Positions 31,788 to 41,906 are shown, counted from the first letter of the stretch. The stretch: 64,000 bases of DNA from a bacterium (GCA_963663405.2 CAXXSM010000076.1:64001-128000), one strand, 5' to 3'. Translations and numbers: made by a program. Notes: a model not told the origin generated them from the letters alone.

Positions 31788-32411
31788 CTAGGGCCCAAAA
31801 CGGTGAAGATCCCCCCGGCTCTGAATACCATTGGATGGCTCGTAAACCAAGAATATATTGGGGCCGGCGATCGTAACCATGGCGCCGGATTCCATGCTCA
31901 ATTGCCCGCTGTCTCCATCCATGATCTGATCGGGGCCGCGGGAAATCACCCACCATTCATACGCCCCCGGCATCACAACGCCTTTCCATTCCTTCATCGC
32001 GCCAGCCCGGAAGAATTTCTGCCGGGGGCCGTCTACTAAAGTCGGATCGAAATACCCATACCGCATGCCGGTCTGCCCATCTTGATCGATATACACCTGG
32101 AAGGGATCGTCCACCGATTCCGGATTGGTCAAATAAGAGGTCGGTGTGCTCAGCGCGTTAAAATATCGTGGACTCGTGTGCCCTCCCCATAAGTTATAAG
32201 GAGGATAACCGTTTTGATCCAAATGATACGATTCAAGCGCCGTCGCCAGCGTCCGGAAATCACTCTCCACCCGCGCCACTTTCGCCCGGACCTGCGCGTT
32301 AAGAAAGTTCGGAACCGCGATCGCCGCTAAGATTCCGATAATGGCGACAACGATGAGAAGCTCGATCAATGTAAATCCCTCCCACCGGGATTCCTGTATC
32401 ATACCGTCCAT
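31788..32411 (-). CDS. Prepilin-type N-methylation (pilin/GspG-like) protein 1
   Basis: G|FTLIELLIVVAIIGILAAIAVPNF class III signal; SRGPD; YEPSNGIQSRGD. Confidence 0.92.
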   Translation of the reverse strand: MDGMIQESRWEGFTLIELLIVVAIIGILAAIAVPNFLNAQVRAKVARVESDFRTLATALESYHLDQNGYPPYNLWGGHTSPRYFNALSTPTSYLTNPESVDDPFQVYIDQDGQTGMRYGYFDPTLVDGPRQKFFRAGAMKEWKGVVMPGAYEWWVISRGPDQIMDGDSGQLSMESGAMVTIAGPNIFLVYEPSNGIQSRGDLHRFGP

Positions 32412-32591
32412 CAGATCCCCATCCTTTACTATCCGATGTCTATCAACGGCTTCATAGTACAGGAATGACGAGGGACACGCAATAATATTTTGTAAAAAAA
32501 CAGAATATCGTTGGCTGTATAAATAAGGTTCATATAGGGAGCATTAAAATCATTTTGGGAAATTGCGCTTTATGTTTAGGATGGCTTAATC

Positions 32592-32677
32592 GTCTGAACC
32601 ATGATTCTAAGGATTATAGGATTACCATGATTAAAAATCATAAAAATCATGATAATCAAGTAAATCAAGGTTCAGAC
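32592..32677. repeat. Family E full palindrome
   Basis: GTCTGAACC-(GATT units, ~9-nt period)...(AATC units)-GGTTCAGAC. Confidence 0.75.
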
Positions 32678-32910
32678 AATGAAGAATCCCGCTTTGTTGC
32701 GCAGGGCTTCAATATTTCACACAAAAAGTGAATGGATTGATAAAACACGTACTAACTTGCCGGAAAACCCAGAAAAAAACTGGATAAAAGATAATTGTTC
32801 AGTAAACTGAAATTATCCTATACAATAACAACAGGCTCACGGGCGAATAGATTATCAATGAAACACTTATAATAAATGGAAATCATTGAATAACTTGTTA
32901 ATATCAGAAA

Positions 32911-33306
32911 ATGAGATCGGTGTTTGTATATTTAAAAAATGTGGACAAGGCTAAAGTCGTCGTTGCGCTTGACAAGATATGTGATCAGCGTGGCGCACTG
33001 CTCGATGGATGGATCTGTCTGACGAAGGGAACTCCTGTTCTGTATGTTGATTTCTACACTGATCTCGAAATTGAATTTGAGCCCGATGATTGGACCCGGT
33101 TGATCGACTCCCTCGGATGCAAACCCAGTGTCTCCGTTACTGCCAATGTCTCCGGTCGACATAATGGCAGGCCGGAGGTTATCGCCTTCCTGAAGGCTCT
33201 TCTTGATAAATTCGAAGGAGTCGTTCAAGATGATTCTGAATCCATCTGGACAATGCAAGAAGTCCTAAGTGGGGACATAAAAGAGGGGAGAGGATTCTTT
33301 CGATGA
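32911..33306 (+). CDS. Hypothetical protein
   Basis: 131-aa ORF with VSGRH.G and V.QDD...WT..E pattern; no function recognised. Confidence 0.6.
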   Translation: MRSVFVYLKNVDKAKVVVALDKICDQRGALLDGWICLTKGTPVLYVDFYTDLEIEFEPDDWTRLIDSLGCKPSVSVTANVSGRHNGRPEVIAFLKALLDKFEGVVQDDSESIWTMQEVLSGDIKEGRGFFR

Positions 33307-33391
33307 AAGAAAACTACCAAACAAAGACTGCTTTTTATCGTCGCCTTCATTTCGAAACAAGAGCCCAGTCGTTAACCTATGAGAAAAATAA

Positions 33392-34267
33392 ATGAGTTAC
33401 GATCTTTTCTTCACAGAACCGAAAATCACGCTTAAACAATTCTTAGACTACTTTAGCGATAGGAACCACTATAGAGTCGAGAATTCTCAAGCATGTTATG
33501 AAAATGAGGATACAGGGGTGTACTTCTCTTTTGAATACTCGGATGAACAAGAGGGGGATCCAGAAGCGCCGAATGGTAATGTATCCTTCAATCTGAATTT
33601 TTTCCGGCCTCACTACTTCGCGTTAGAAGCGGAGCCGGAAGTGCAAAGCGTTGTGAATCACTTTGGCTTCAAGATTTTTGATCCCCAGTTCAATGGCATG
33701 GATGAGGGGCCGTACTCAAGGGATGGATTCCTCACTGGATGGAACCACGGGAACGAATTTGGATATAGTGCGATGTTAAACTCTGAGAAGCCTCTAGAGA
33801 TTATTCATTCTCGGTCCGGAGATGAGTTAGAGTCCATCTGGAAGTGGAATTACGCAAGAGAGAAAAATCAGAATACTTTCGGTGAATCCGTGTTTGTCCC
33901 TAAAATCATGTTCTTACAGATCGACGGGAACATTATGTCTGTCGCCGTCTGGCCAGACGCAATACCGGCGCTTATTCCAAAAGTTGATGCGCTTTTAATT
34001 CCACGACAGGAACTCGCTCCCCGCAGTCTCTTCAAAAAGCGGGATGATATATGCGTTGCGCCATTTGAGAGAGCGCTTCCCTTGCTGGAGCCTTTCAGGG
34101 CAAACGGTTACTCGCTGCCTGTGTTTGCCTTCTCCTATACTACCATACCCGCGAATGTAACTTCCTTCGTGAAAGGCCTGAAGCCGCATACAGGAGATAT
34201 AAAAGGCGTAGCGATGGATCAGGTTCTCAATCAGGAACTGATTGAAAAAGCAAGGGAAAAATTATAG
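33392..34267 (+). CDS. Hypothetical protein
   Basis: 291-aa ORF starting MSYDLFF with YENEDTGVYF and FDPQ motifs; function unknown. Confidence 0.65.
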   Translation: MSYDLFFTEPKITLKQFLDYFSDRNHYRVENSQACYENEDTGVYFSFEYSDEQEGDPEAPNGNVSFNLNFFRPHYFALEAEPEVQSVVNHFGFKIFDPQFNGMDEGPYSRDGFLTGWNHGNEFGYSAMLNSEKPLEIIHSRSGDELESIWKWNYAREKNQNTFGESVFVPKIMFLQIDGNIMSVAVWPDAIPALIPKVDALLIPRQELAPRSLFKKRDDICVAPFERALPLLEPFRANGYSLPVFAFSYTTIPANVTSFVKGLKPHTGDIKGVAMDQVLNQELIEKAREKL

Positions 34268-34442
34268 TTTCACATAGTTTCTTATAACGAATAAAATCCC
34301 CCACCAAATGAAAAAACCCCCACCAGACATCAATCCGTTCGCCGGATTGATGACCATGAAGGAGGTTCATTAATACCCTACGTGAACATACGCTGAGAAG
34401 CGCGTTGACAACAAGCGGATCCGAACAGCAGGAAACGATTCG

Positions 34443-34823
34443 TTATGACGTTCCCAATATCGCATCCTTGCACGCTTTGGCGACCCGAAATTTGACGACC
34501 GTTTTCGCCGGGATCTTGATCTGTTCGCCGGTCGCGGGGTTGCGGCCTGTCCGGGCTTTGCGTTTAACGAGAACCAATTTGCCGAATCCAGGAAGAGTAA
34601 ATCCTTTTTTCGCCTCTTTGTACCCTACAGCCGCCAACTCATCCAGCATCGACTTCACTTGCACTTTCGTCAGCTCGCACTTCTCCGCCAATTGAGTGAT
34701 CAATTGGGTCTTGGTCATGGGTTTTTTTGTGGTGGCGGCGGCGGTAGTGGTGGTTTTTTTCGCCGCCGTTTTCTTGGCTGTGGTTTTCTTCGTTGCGGTT
34801 TTCTTTGCCGCGGCTTTCTTCAT
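34443..34823 (-). CDS. hup: HU family DNA-binding protein with Lys/Ala/Thr-rich N-terminal tail
   Basis: MTKTQLI..LAE, FTLPGFGKL, RKARTGRNPATGE.IKIPAK.VVKF. Confidence 0.93.
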   Translation of the reverse strand: MKKAAAKKTATKKTTAKKTAAKKTTTTAAATTKKPMTKTQLITQLAEKCELTKVQVKSMLDELAAVGYKEAKKGFTLPGFGKLVLVKRKARTGRNPATGEQIKIPAKTVVKFRVAKACKDAILGTS

Positions 34824-34969
34824 GACGCCTCTCCTTCTAGGGGGTTAATATTAAATTATTTCGAATGTAATTTAACGATTTTTTGAATTCCGTCAAGCAA
34901 AAAAATTGTAAAAATGCTATTTTTCTTCGGTTTTTAAGGGATTTTTGGGGATCGGCGGCTAAAAAGGCC

Positions 34970-36337
34970 CTATTTTAGGGGATTTTCGCGTAAAGTTCGG
35001 TTCAGATTCGCTATTTCGCGCTTAAAATCTTGGTACTCTTCATACGTAAATCGGCGCGAACGCCAAGGGGTCAACGAATTATTCTGCAGGAGCGGATCCG
35101 CCGTTGGATCGAACTGAAAACCGGAATCCGCTTCGGTGTATAATGGCGTGCCCGGCACGGGAGAATACATCGCTAATTTGATCTCACTGCCCGCTTTCGC
35201 TACGGTGTGGGACGCTTCCCGCACCGATGTGAGACTCTGCCATTCAAGACCGAGTAAAAGATACGTTCCCACTTCCCGCGCGGTGAATCCAGCCTGACGC
35301 AGATGACTCATCGCCTGTATATATTCTTCTGTACGCACTTTCCCCCCCGTGGAATGCTGCCACTCTTCCCGCGTCAATTCCAGACCAAGCCGGATCGTTG
35401 TGAATCCCGCCCGCTTCATAAGCTGGGCGGTGGGCAAGTCGATCTGCCGCACATGAAGCGCGTTCGGAGTGTGAAAACGCAGTTTTACATCCCGGCGCAG
35501 CAATTCTTCAAGCAAGGGAAGAATCCGGCGTTCTTTATCGATTAGAAGCGCGTCATCAAAAAAAGCCACATCGCTCCCGCCGTACTGTTTATCAATCCGT
35601 TCAATCGAATCCGCTGCCCTGCGCCAATCGTACTGGATGAATCGCGGCCATAACGAATGAGTCGCGCAGTACGTGCATCGGCAGGGACAGCCCACGGAGG
35701 TCAACACAGGATAGCAGGTTTCCCCCATTAGCCAATCATAGGCCGGTTCAATCCAATCCGTCCGATCCCCCAGTGAATCATTCTCACGCCATCCTCCCAG
35801 CGTAAGAATCTCGCGTGTAATCCCCGGCCAATCCTCCCCCACCACAACAGCGTCCGCCCCGGAATGCGCCTCCGCGTGCTCTCGGCATAACGCCGCGTAA
35901 ACGCCCCCCAAAACAACGATCGTCTTCGGAAACAACCGTCGCAGCATCCGGATCGCTTCAAACGCGCCGATATACCAATACGTCATCATACAGGGAACAA
36001 CTGCGATATCCGGTGAAGGAAATTCCTGCAAACGGTTCTCAACACGATCGAATGGAATCCCATACCGTTTGTATTTCCGTGGAATCTGTTTTAGCACATC
36101 TGGCAGGGGAATCTCTTCCCGGTAGTAATGACCGCAGCCATACGGATTGAGCCGGTGACGTGGAATGCGGGTAACGCCTTCCAAATCAGGCGACCGCCGG
36201 TCAAGACAATCATAAAAGTCCGTTTCCACTCCACATTGACGTAACAACGAAGCGAGTCGCAGCAAATTCAAAGGCCGCGTCCAATGATCGAACGCGGCGA
36301 AATCCGTAATCCATGGATTAAACAGAAGAACCCGCAT
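34970..36337 (-). CDS. B12-binding radical SAM protein
   Basis: NPWITDFAAFD.W..PL, MTYWY, GGVYA, CPCRCTYC cluster motif, FFDD, TPNALH. Confidence 0.88.
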   Translation of the reverse strand: MRVLLFNPWITDFAAFDHWTRPLNLLRLASLLRQCGVETDFYDCLDRRSPDLEGVTRIPRHRLNPYGCGHYYREEIPLPDVLKQIPRKYKRYGIPFDRVENRLQEFPSPDIAVVPCMMTYWYIGAFEAIRMLRRLFPKTIVVLGGVYAALCREHAEAHSGADAVVVGEDWPGITREILTLGGWRENDSLGDRTDWIEPAYDWLMGETCYPVLTSVGCPCRCTYCATHSLWPRFIQYDWRRAADSIERIDKQYGGSDVAFFDDALLIDKERRILPLLEELLRRDVKLRFHTPNALHVRQIDLPTAQLMKRAGFTTIRLGLELTREEWQHSTGGKVRTEEYIQAMSHLRQAGFTAREVGTYLLLGLEWQSLTSVREASHTVAKAGSEIKLAMYSPVPGTPLYTEADSGFQFDPTADPLLQNNSLTPWRSRRFTYEEYQDFKREIANLNRTLRENPLK

Positions 36338-36474
36338 GATAAAAAAACAAAAACCTTAATCAAACCAATATAAGATATAGTATACTGCCATACAACTTTG
36401 ATCATAACGAGAAGACCAAATGCGTAGACGCTAAAGATAATGTTATTGCGCCAGTGGTTTGACGAGCATACCAT

Positions 36475-38313
36475 ATGTCCATATACGAAGACAATATAAG
36501 ACGCCTTCGCCGAATCAATCCCAATCTCGCCGCCCGTGTGGAGGGACAAACAGCCGACGCGTCTGTTCTCATTCAACCGACAAAAACCAAGGCTCCAACG
36601 CTACTGGTTCAACAAAACGGAAAAACTTGCGCGTTGCATCACCCCACCGATCCATTAACGCATTGTCATGAATTTTATACTTCGCTGGATGGTGTCAATG
36701 AAGCGCGGAACATACTCATTCTCGGATGCGGCCTAGGCTATTTCCCTTTGCTGCTGATTCAAAAACACCCGGCTCTGAGACGTCTCTTCATTCTTGAACC
36801 GTCATTGTCTGTCTTTCGCGCCGCATTGAGAGCAGTCGATTTAACGCCGTTGATGAACCACCCCGCCGTAACATTTATAGTGGGATATGAACCGGGGCGC
36901 GTGGCCGAATCGCTCCGCCCGTTTGTCACGGATTTCATGGCGAATCAACTCTTGTTGATTGATACGCCTTCCATCACATCCACCTTTCCCGAATGGACAA
37001 AGGCCGTCCGGCGTGAAATCCAGGAAACGCTCCAATTTGGACAGAGCGGACTCCTGGTCAAATTCAAAGACGGTCCGCTTACCCTTGCGAACCTCATACA
37101 AAACTTGGATGCGCTGGCGTCGAGTCCAGGATTGAGCGCCATTGGCCCCGTGTTTAAAAACATCCCGGCCATCATTGTCGCCGCCGGTCCTTCCCTTCGA
37201 AAAAACATCCGCCAACTGAAGGACGCCCAAAAGCATTTTCTCATCATCGCAAGTGACACCGCCTATATCCCCCTTCGAAACCACGGTATCACACCCCATC
37301 TCGTCGCCACCGTCGATCCAACAGAACTGAATGTCAAACATTTCCCTAATCCCCAATACGGCCCGGAAAGCATCTTACTGATCGATCCCGAAGCGCGTCC
37401 AGAGATCGTTGCGAAATTTCCAAACCGGATCGCGTATACCACGGATAAGCATCCGTTCTTCCATTGGCTTGATCGAAAACTGGGAGGGAAGGGAATCATC
37501 CCGAAAGGAAATATGGTTTCACAGGCGGGATTCTATGTAGCCCGCGCTCTCGGTTGTCAACCGATTATTCTCGTGGGGCAGGATCTGGCGTTGGATACAG
37601 AAAATGGAGCCACGCATTTTCATGACGCGGCGCTCAACCGGTCCGTTCAATATTTGGAAAAAGACCAAAATCATGTGCATATCAATATCCCTGGAGAAAC
37701 GTCTCGAACCACGAAAGAGCCGGTCTACTGGGTTGAAGGCATAGACGGCGCCCCTGTGCCCACCGTTCAAAATTTTCTGATTTACCTGCGTATGCTCGAA
37801 GAAGATATCCGCAAAACAGAGATTCCCGTCATCGACGCCACTGAAGGCGGCGCAAAAATCGAAGGAACTCACATCCAGACTCTCCAAGAAACCATCCAGA
37901 AGGAACGAAGAGAGAACGTGGATGTTCCCTCCATCCTGAGATCTCTACAAATCCGCTTGGCGCCGCTGAATCCATCCGCAGGCGCCGAATTGAAACAAAT
38001 ACTCAAAACCACGTTCCAAACCCGTGTCGAAATCGCGGAGCAAGGCCTGCAAATGCTGGGAAAAATGAGAAATGCGGAAAGCCCCACTCCCCTGAAAAAA
38101 ATCGAAGCCCAAATCGAACACTACCGCACCCGGATTTTCAACGATCCCATTGCGGAATATCTCATCGAATACAGCGCCCCAAAAGAACTCTTCGAATTCC
38201 TTAAACTAGGCCCCGCAAACGCCTCACAAGCAGAACAAAGACAAATCCTCTACACCCGCCTCAAAGCCCTCCTCCAAGCAACCTTAATGGCCTCCAAACG
38301 GCTGACTCTTTAA
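36475..38313 (+). CDS. DUF115 / motility-associated factor (MAF) glycosyltransferase-like protein
   Basis: GCGLGY, PAIIVAAGPSL.KNI, PIILVGQDLA, IDATEGGAKI.G. Confidence 0.85.
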   Translation: MSIYEDNIRRLRRINPNLAARVEGQTADASVLIQPTKTKAPTLLVQQNGKTCALHHPTDPLTHCHEFYTSLDGVNEARNILILGCGLGYFPLLLIQKHPALRRLFILEPSLSVFRAALRAVDLTPLMNHPAVTFIVGYEPGRVAESLRPFVTDFMANQLLLIDTPSITSTFPEWTKAVRREIQETLQFGQSGLLVKFKDGPLTLANLIQNLDALASSPGLSAIGPVFKNIPAIIVAAGPSLRKNIRQLKDAQKHFLIIASDTAYIPLRNHGITPHLVATVDPTELNVKHFPNPQYGPESILLIDPEARPEIVAKFPNRIAYTTDKHPFFHWLDRKLGGKGIIPKGNMVSQAGFYVARALGCQPIILVGQDLALDTENGATHFHDAALNRSVQYLEKDQNHVHINIPGETSRTTKEPVYWVEGIDGAPVPTVQNFLIYLRMLEEDIRKTEIPVIDATEGGAKIEGTHIQTLQETIQKERRENVDVPSILRSLQIRLAPLNPSAGAELKQILKTTFQTRVEIAEQGLQMLGKMRNAESPTPLKKIEAQIEHYRTRIFNDPIAEYLIEYSAPKELFEFLKLGPANASQAEQRQILYTRLKALLQATLMASKRLTL

Positions 38314-38385
38314 TGGAGCGAGGAATCCTAGAACAATAATCGATGGGCGCCCAGGGCAAGGCGTTTTTCTATCTTGGCCTAAATC
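38314..38385 (+). repeat. Family D stub (TGGAGCG) at the stop codon plus a family C repeat
   Basis: TAA-TGGAGCG, then GGGCGCCCAGGGCAAGGCGTTTTTCTATCTTGGCCTAAATC (38345-38385). Confidence 0.7.
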
Positions 38386-38416
38386 AACAAAGTCTATTGA
38401 TAATCCTAATATAATA

Positions 38417-38698
38417 TTATTTCCGAACGGCAATCCTCAAAGTCAATCCTATAGCATTTAGTATTTCTTGCGCGTTATATAAATAGGGATTGTTAGTACT
38501 TGTGAAGATATTGCGGCTTTTAGAATCGGCTTGCGAAAACGTGGATATTTCACCTCGCGCTTGGACGACATTGCGCAATGCGGAAAGGAATACTTCCAAA
38601 TCCCCATCTTCTAAAGCCGCGTTCAGATACCCCACCGCCTCTTCGGGATCTTTCAGGGATTCTATCAGATACTTATCATAATCGATCGTTTTAGTCAT
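38417..38698 (-). CDS. Addiction-module antidote protein (HTH, degenerate)
   Basis: L.DPEEA..YLNAALEDGD...FL.ALR.V..ARG; ATG at 38698 overlaps the toxin stop. Confidence 0.8.
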   Translation of the reverse strand: MTKTIDYDKYLIESLKDPEEAVGYLNAALEDGDLEVFLSALRNVVQARGEISTFSQADSKSRNIFTSTNNPYLYNAQEILNAIGLTLRIAVRK

Positions 38699-38882
38699 TT
38701 CTATATTGCTCCCAATATTCCTTGGCATTCTTTATATCACGTTTTTGTGTTTTTTTCTCTCCCCCACATAATAAAAGAATAATCTCCTTTTCTTTCATTG
38801 CAAAATAGATACGGTACCCAGGTCCGTAGTGAATACGAAACTCAAATACGCCGTCTCCAATCTCTTCTCTAAGCAACCGCAA
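38691..38882 (-). pseudogene. Truncated addiction-module killer (RelE/HigB-like)
   Basis: IGDGVFEFRIHYGPGYRIYF...LLLCGG.K.TQ..DI..A..YW is present but the N-terminal third is missing. Confidence 0.75.
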
Positions 38883-39027
38883 CGTATTCCTCGATGAAGT
38901 TGTTTTACCAAAAACCGTGATTTAATTTGATTTTAAGGTAACATTCAATAAATGTAGATTGAATCCTGCATGAATTGCGCTAGATTTGAAAACGGATTAC
39001 TATATTTTTCAAAACTTAAAGGAGAGC

Positions 39028-40038
39028 ATGATGAAAACAATCTTTCGATTAGGTGTTCTTGTCTTACTTATTCCCATCGTAACAAGCGCGTGGAGTAATC
39101 CAAGTGATATTGTCTGGACGGACGATGTGGAGAATAATCCCGTCATTGGCAGTCCAGGTTTTGGTGACAACCGGGCTTATTATGGTCAGGTTATCTTCGA
39201 TCCGATTGCGAACATCTGGCGCGCATGGTATGACTCCAGCAGTGGTTACGATGTTGGCTACGCTGAATCAACGGATTCAGAGGGAATCAACTGGACGAAC
39301 TACGCGCCGGTTACTGGTTTTACTACTTCGCGTCAAAGCAAAGCGGTTGTTCTGCAAATTGAAGATTCTCTCTTTAGAATGTGGTACATGGCTGACGAGC
39401 GCGACCAGGGATACAGCGTCTACACCGCCGTGTCAAGTGATGGAATCAATTGGGGAGACGATCAAATCATTGAAGGGATCGTGTACGACAACCTTGGTTC
39501 TTCGCAATGGGGACCCGTTGAACGTATCGCGGTGACACAGTTGGAAGATGGAACATTCACAGCGTATTGCCGCTGCGAAGAACCCTTTCTCGACGCCGCT
39601 CTGGAGTGGTTTGATCAAGGTAAAAAATTGTTTCGCTATACCTCAGAAGATGGAATCAACTGGACCTGGGGCGGGTATACCGGCGTCAATGAAATCGAAG
39701 GATTCGAAAGTTTGGAATTTTCCTCCGTCGTGAAACATCCAGACATTGAGGATGTTTGGTACGCCTGGGGAAGCATGGCGAACAGCGAGCGTCCGATTTA
39801 TTCATTTGTTTCAACGGACGATGGCTTGACCTTTGAATTGGATGAAGATCCCGTCGCCAATGTCGGCGATTATCAAACACAGCCCTACAACCAAAACCGC
39901 AATTTCCACGCAAGCGTCACCTACTTAGGAAACGGCGAATGGGTCATGTTCCGGTCGACCGCGGATCCCAAAACCACATCTCGCGCGACGGGTATTGAAG
40001 AAATCTCCAGTCCAATAGATCATTGGTATCTCTATTGA
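39028..40038 (+). CDS. Secreted five-bladed beta-propeller (GH32/43/130-like) with C-terminal WxxY motif
   Basis: Signal peptide; repeated S.DGINW boxes, FRMWY, NPVI; ends SSPIDHWYLY; AAGGAG RBS. Confidence 0.7.
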   Translation: MMKTIFRLGVLVLLIPIVTSAWSNPSDIVWTDDVENNPVIGSPGFGDNRAYYGQVIFDPIANIWRAWYDSSSGYDVGYAESTDSEGINWTNYAPVTGFTTSRQSKAVVLQIEDSLFRMWYMADERDQGYSVYTAVSSDGINWGDDQIIEGIVYDNLGSSQWGPVERIAVTQLEDGTFTAYCRCEEPFLDAALEWFDQGKKLFRYTSEDGINWTWGGYTGVNEIEGFESLEFSSVVKHPDIEDVWYAWGSMANSERPIYSFVSTDDGLTFELDEDPVANVGDYQTQPYNQNRNFHASVTYLGNGEWVMFRSTADPKTTSRATGIEEISSPIDHWYLY

Positions 40039-40058
40039 TAGGCTTCATCGACGACGCG

Positions 40059-40099
40059 AACGGGATTGATTCGAGACGAATCAATCCCGTTTTTCTTTT
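40059..40099 (+). terminator. Intrinsic terminator
   Basis: AACGGGATTGATTCG-AGA-CGAATCAATCCCGTTTTT. Confidence 0.85.
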
Positions 40100-40229
40100 C
40101 TGATCGTACGCCAAGTAACCTCGAAGATATCTTTATCGAAATCAAGCAAAGCCGAATTTCCGAAAGGGAATATCATCACAGGATTGTATGAGAAAGAAGG
40201 AGTGAGAAGAAGACTTGGATTCGGCGAAA

Positions 40230-40976
40230 TTATTTGGATTTACCTAAATTGGCTTGTTTGATTTTTTCTCGGGCCTTCTGGTAGCACTCAGGACAGTAGC
40301 CGTGAGTGAAATTCGCATCGCTATGATTTCTCACATAGGCCTCGACTTGATGCCAGTGATCCTCATCATCCCGGATCTTTTTACATACCACACAGATGGG
40401 CAGCAGTCCTCGCAGTGTCTTCACTTCTGATAACGCTTGTTTGAGTGACGTGGTTTTCTCGTTCAGAAGGTCAATATACCGGCTGTTGACCAACGCGACG
40501 GACGCCAATTCACCAAATACAGACGCGATATCGGCGTCTTCATCCGTAAAATCGGATGGCTTGTTGGCCAATCCAATAATTCCCACTGTCTTTCCCTCGA
40601 GATTCAAGGGGGCGAACAACACGTTTTGCATGACCACATGCCCCTCCGGCATGTATTGCGCCCATTGGCTGTTCATAAAATCATTTTCGTACACAGCCTT
40701 GTGTGTTTCATAGGAGACGGCGCGCAGTCCCCGAATGGGCATGGGGAGTTCCGGATCCACTGAACAGGGCATTCCACCAGCTTCTAGAAAAAGCACTTCA
40801 TTTTCGTGACCGTCTTTACTTAATAACGCTACATACCCAGAGACGGCGCCGGTTAATTTCCGGCAGAGATCAAATATCGCGCGCGCCGATTCAGCAAACT
40901 CCTTCTTCTCCAAAATCGCCCGGGCGCCGTGGATGACGGCGGCTAGCTTCATTTCCATAGATGAGGTTTCAACCAT
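40230..40976 (-). CDS. GAF domain protein with C-terminal Cys/His zinc-binding motif
   Basis: GAF (APL...G.IGLANKP.DFT..D), coiled coil, LRGLLPICVVCKKIRDD...HGYCPEC. Confidence 0.8.
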   Translation of the reverse strand: MVETSSMEMKLAAVIHGARAILEKKEFAESARAIFDLCRKLTGAVSGYVALLSKDGHENEVLFLEAGGMPCSVDPELPMPIRGLRAVSYETHKAVYENDFMNSQWAQYMPEGHVVMQNVLFAPLNLEGKTVGIIGLANKPSDFTDEDADIASVFGELASVALVNSRYIDLLNEKTTSLKQALSEVKTLRGLLPICVVCKKIRDDEDHWHQVEAYVRNHSDANFTHGYCPECYQKAREKIKQANLGKSK

Positions 40977-41212
40977 GATTTGATATCCCCTGTACGAAAT
41001 TTGTCATAATACATTCAATAGTAATAATTCGTCTTCTGAAAGATATCAAAAAAATACTCAGAACGAGATAACCGATAACATTAAATACAATCCAAAATCG
41101 AAGATGAAGATGAATATGAACATAAGATCATATTACATTCTCTTTTATTCATTATACAAGCAACGAGAACAGTGTGTTATAGGGATTGATTGCGTCCGGT
41201 TGGTTCAAACCA

Positions 41213-41240
41213 GCGGATACCCAGGGTAAGGCTTTTTTTA
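41213..41240 (+). repeat. Family C repeat (left part)
   Basis: GCGGATACCCAGGGTAAGGCTTTTTT. Confidence 0.65.
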
Positions 41241-41304
41241 TGAATAGGTACAGAAATCCGGTATGCTTTTCACCAGGTGAGAGTCTCAGCACAGTGACGA
41301 TTCT

Positions 41305-41802
41305 TTATTCTTCATCGAAACTATGCTTGGCATCTATCAAGTATCTATAAAGCTGATTGCTCTTTTCTCGATATTCACCGAATTTAGAAGAAACGAATTT
41401 AAGAAATTCTTCACTCATAAATTGATCTCCTTGATAAAACTGTGAAAGCATCTCTACTTCTAAATCACCAATTCCATAAATACTTCCATAACCATCAAGC
41501 ACATCGATAATTTTAGAAAAAAACTTATCAAGCGATAATTTTTTATTCTCAAAGCTAAGGCAAAGAAAACCAAGTAATGTCTCACCATATCCTTCACTCA
41601 ATTTTTTACCTGAGTCCCTTTGATATTTTCTAAGAATGTTTAGCGCCGAATCAGAATCTGAACACAACGTTAAATCAATAAGCCAATATTGAGGTTTATC
41701 AGAAATATCTATTAATTCCTCTGTCCACTTTTTCAAAAAAGAAATATCGATAAAGCCTGACTGAATTCCCGCAAATAGGATATGAAATATTGATTCCTTC
41801 AT
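41305..41802 (-). CDS. Hypothetical protein, immunity-like
   Basis: AT-rich 165 aa; G........W...LI....P..WLIDL N-terminus; GAGGTGG RBS. Confidence 0.6.
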   Translation of the reverse strand: MKESIFHILFAGIQSGFIDISFLKKWTEELIDISDKPQYWLIDLTLCSDSDSALNILRKYQRDSGKKLSEGYGETLLGFLCLSFENKKLSLDKFFSKIIDVLDGYGSIYGIGDLEVEMLSQFYQGDQFMSEEFLKFVSSKFGEYREKSNQLYRYLIDAKHSFDEE

Positions 41803-41865
41803 ATTTCCACCTCTAATTCTCGAAAAGCCTATACGTTGCGAGGAATTTTTTTAAGATGTTATGTC

Positions 41866-41906
41866 GCAGGTACCCAGGGCAAGGCGTTCTTACCCTGGCT
41901 AAATCC
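41866..41906 (+). repeat. Family C repeat
   Basis: GCAGGTACCCAGGGCAAGGCGTTCTTACCCTGGCTAAATCC. Confidence 0.75.
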
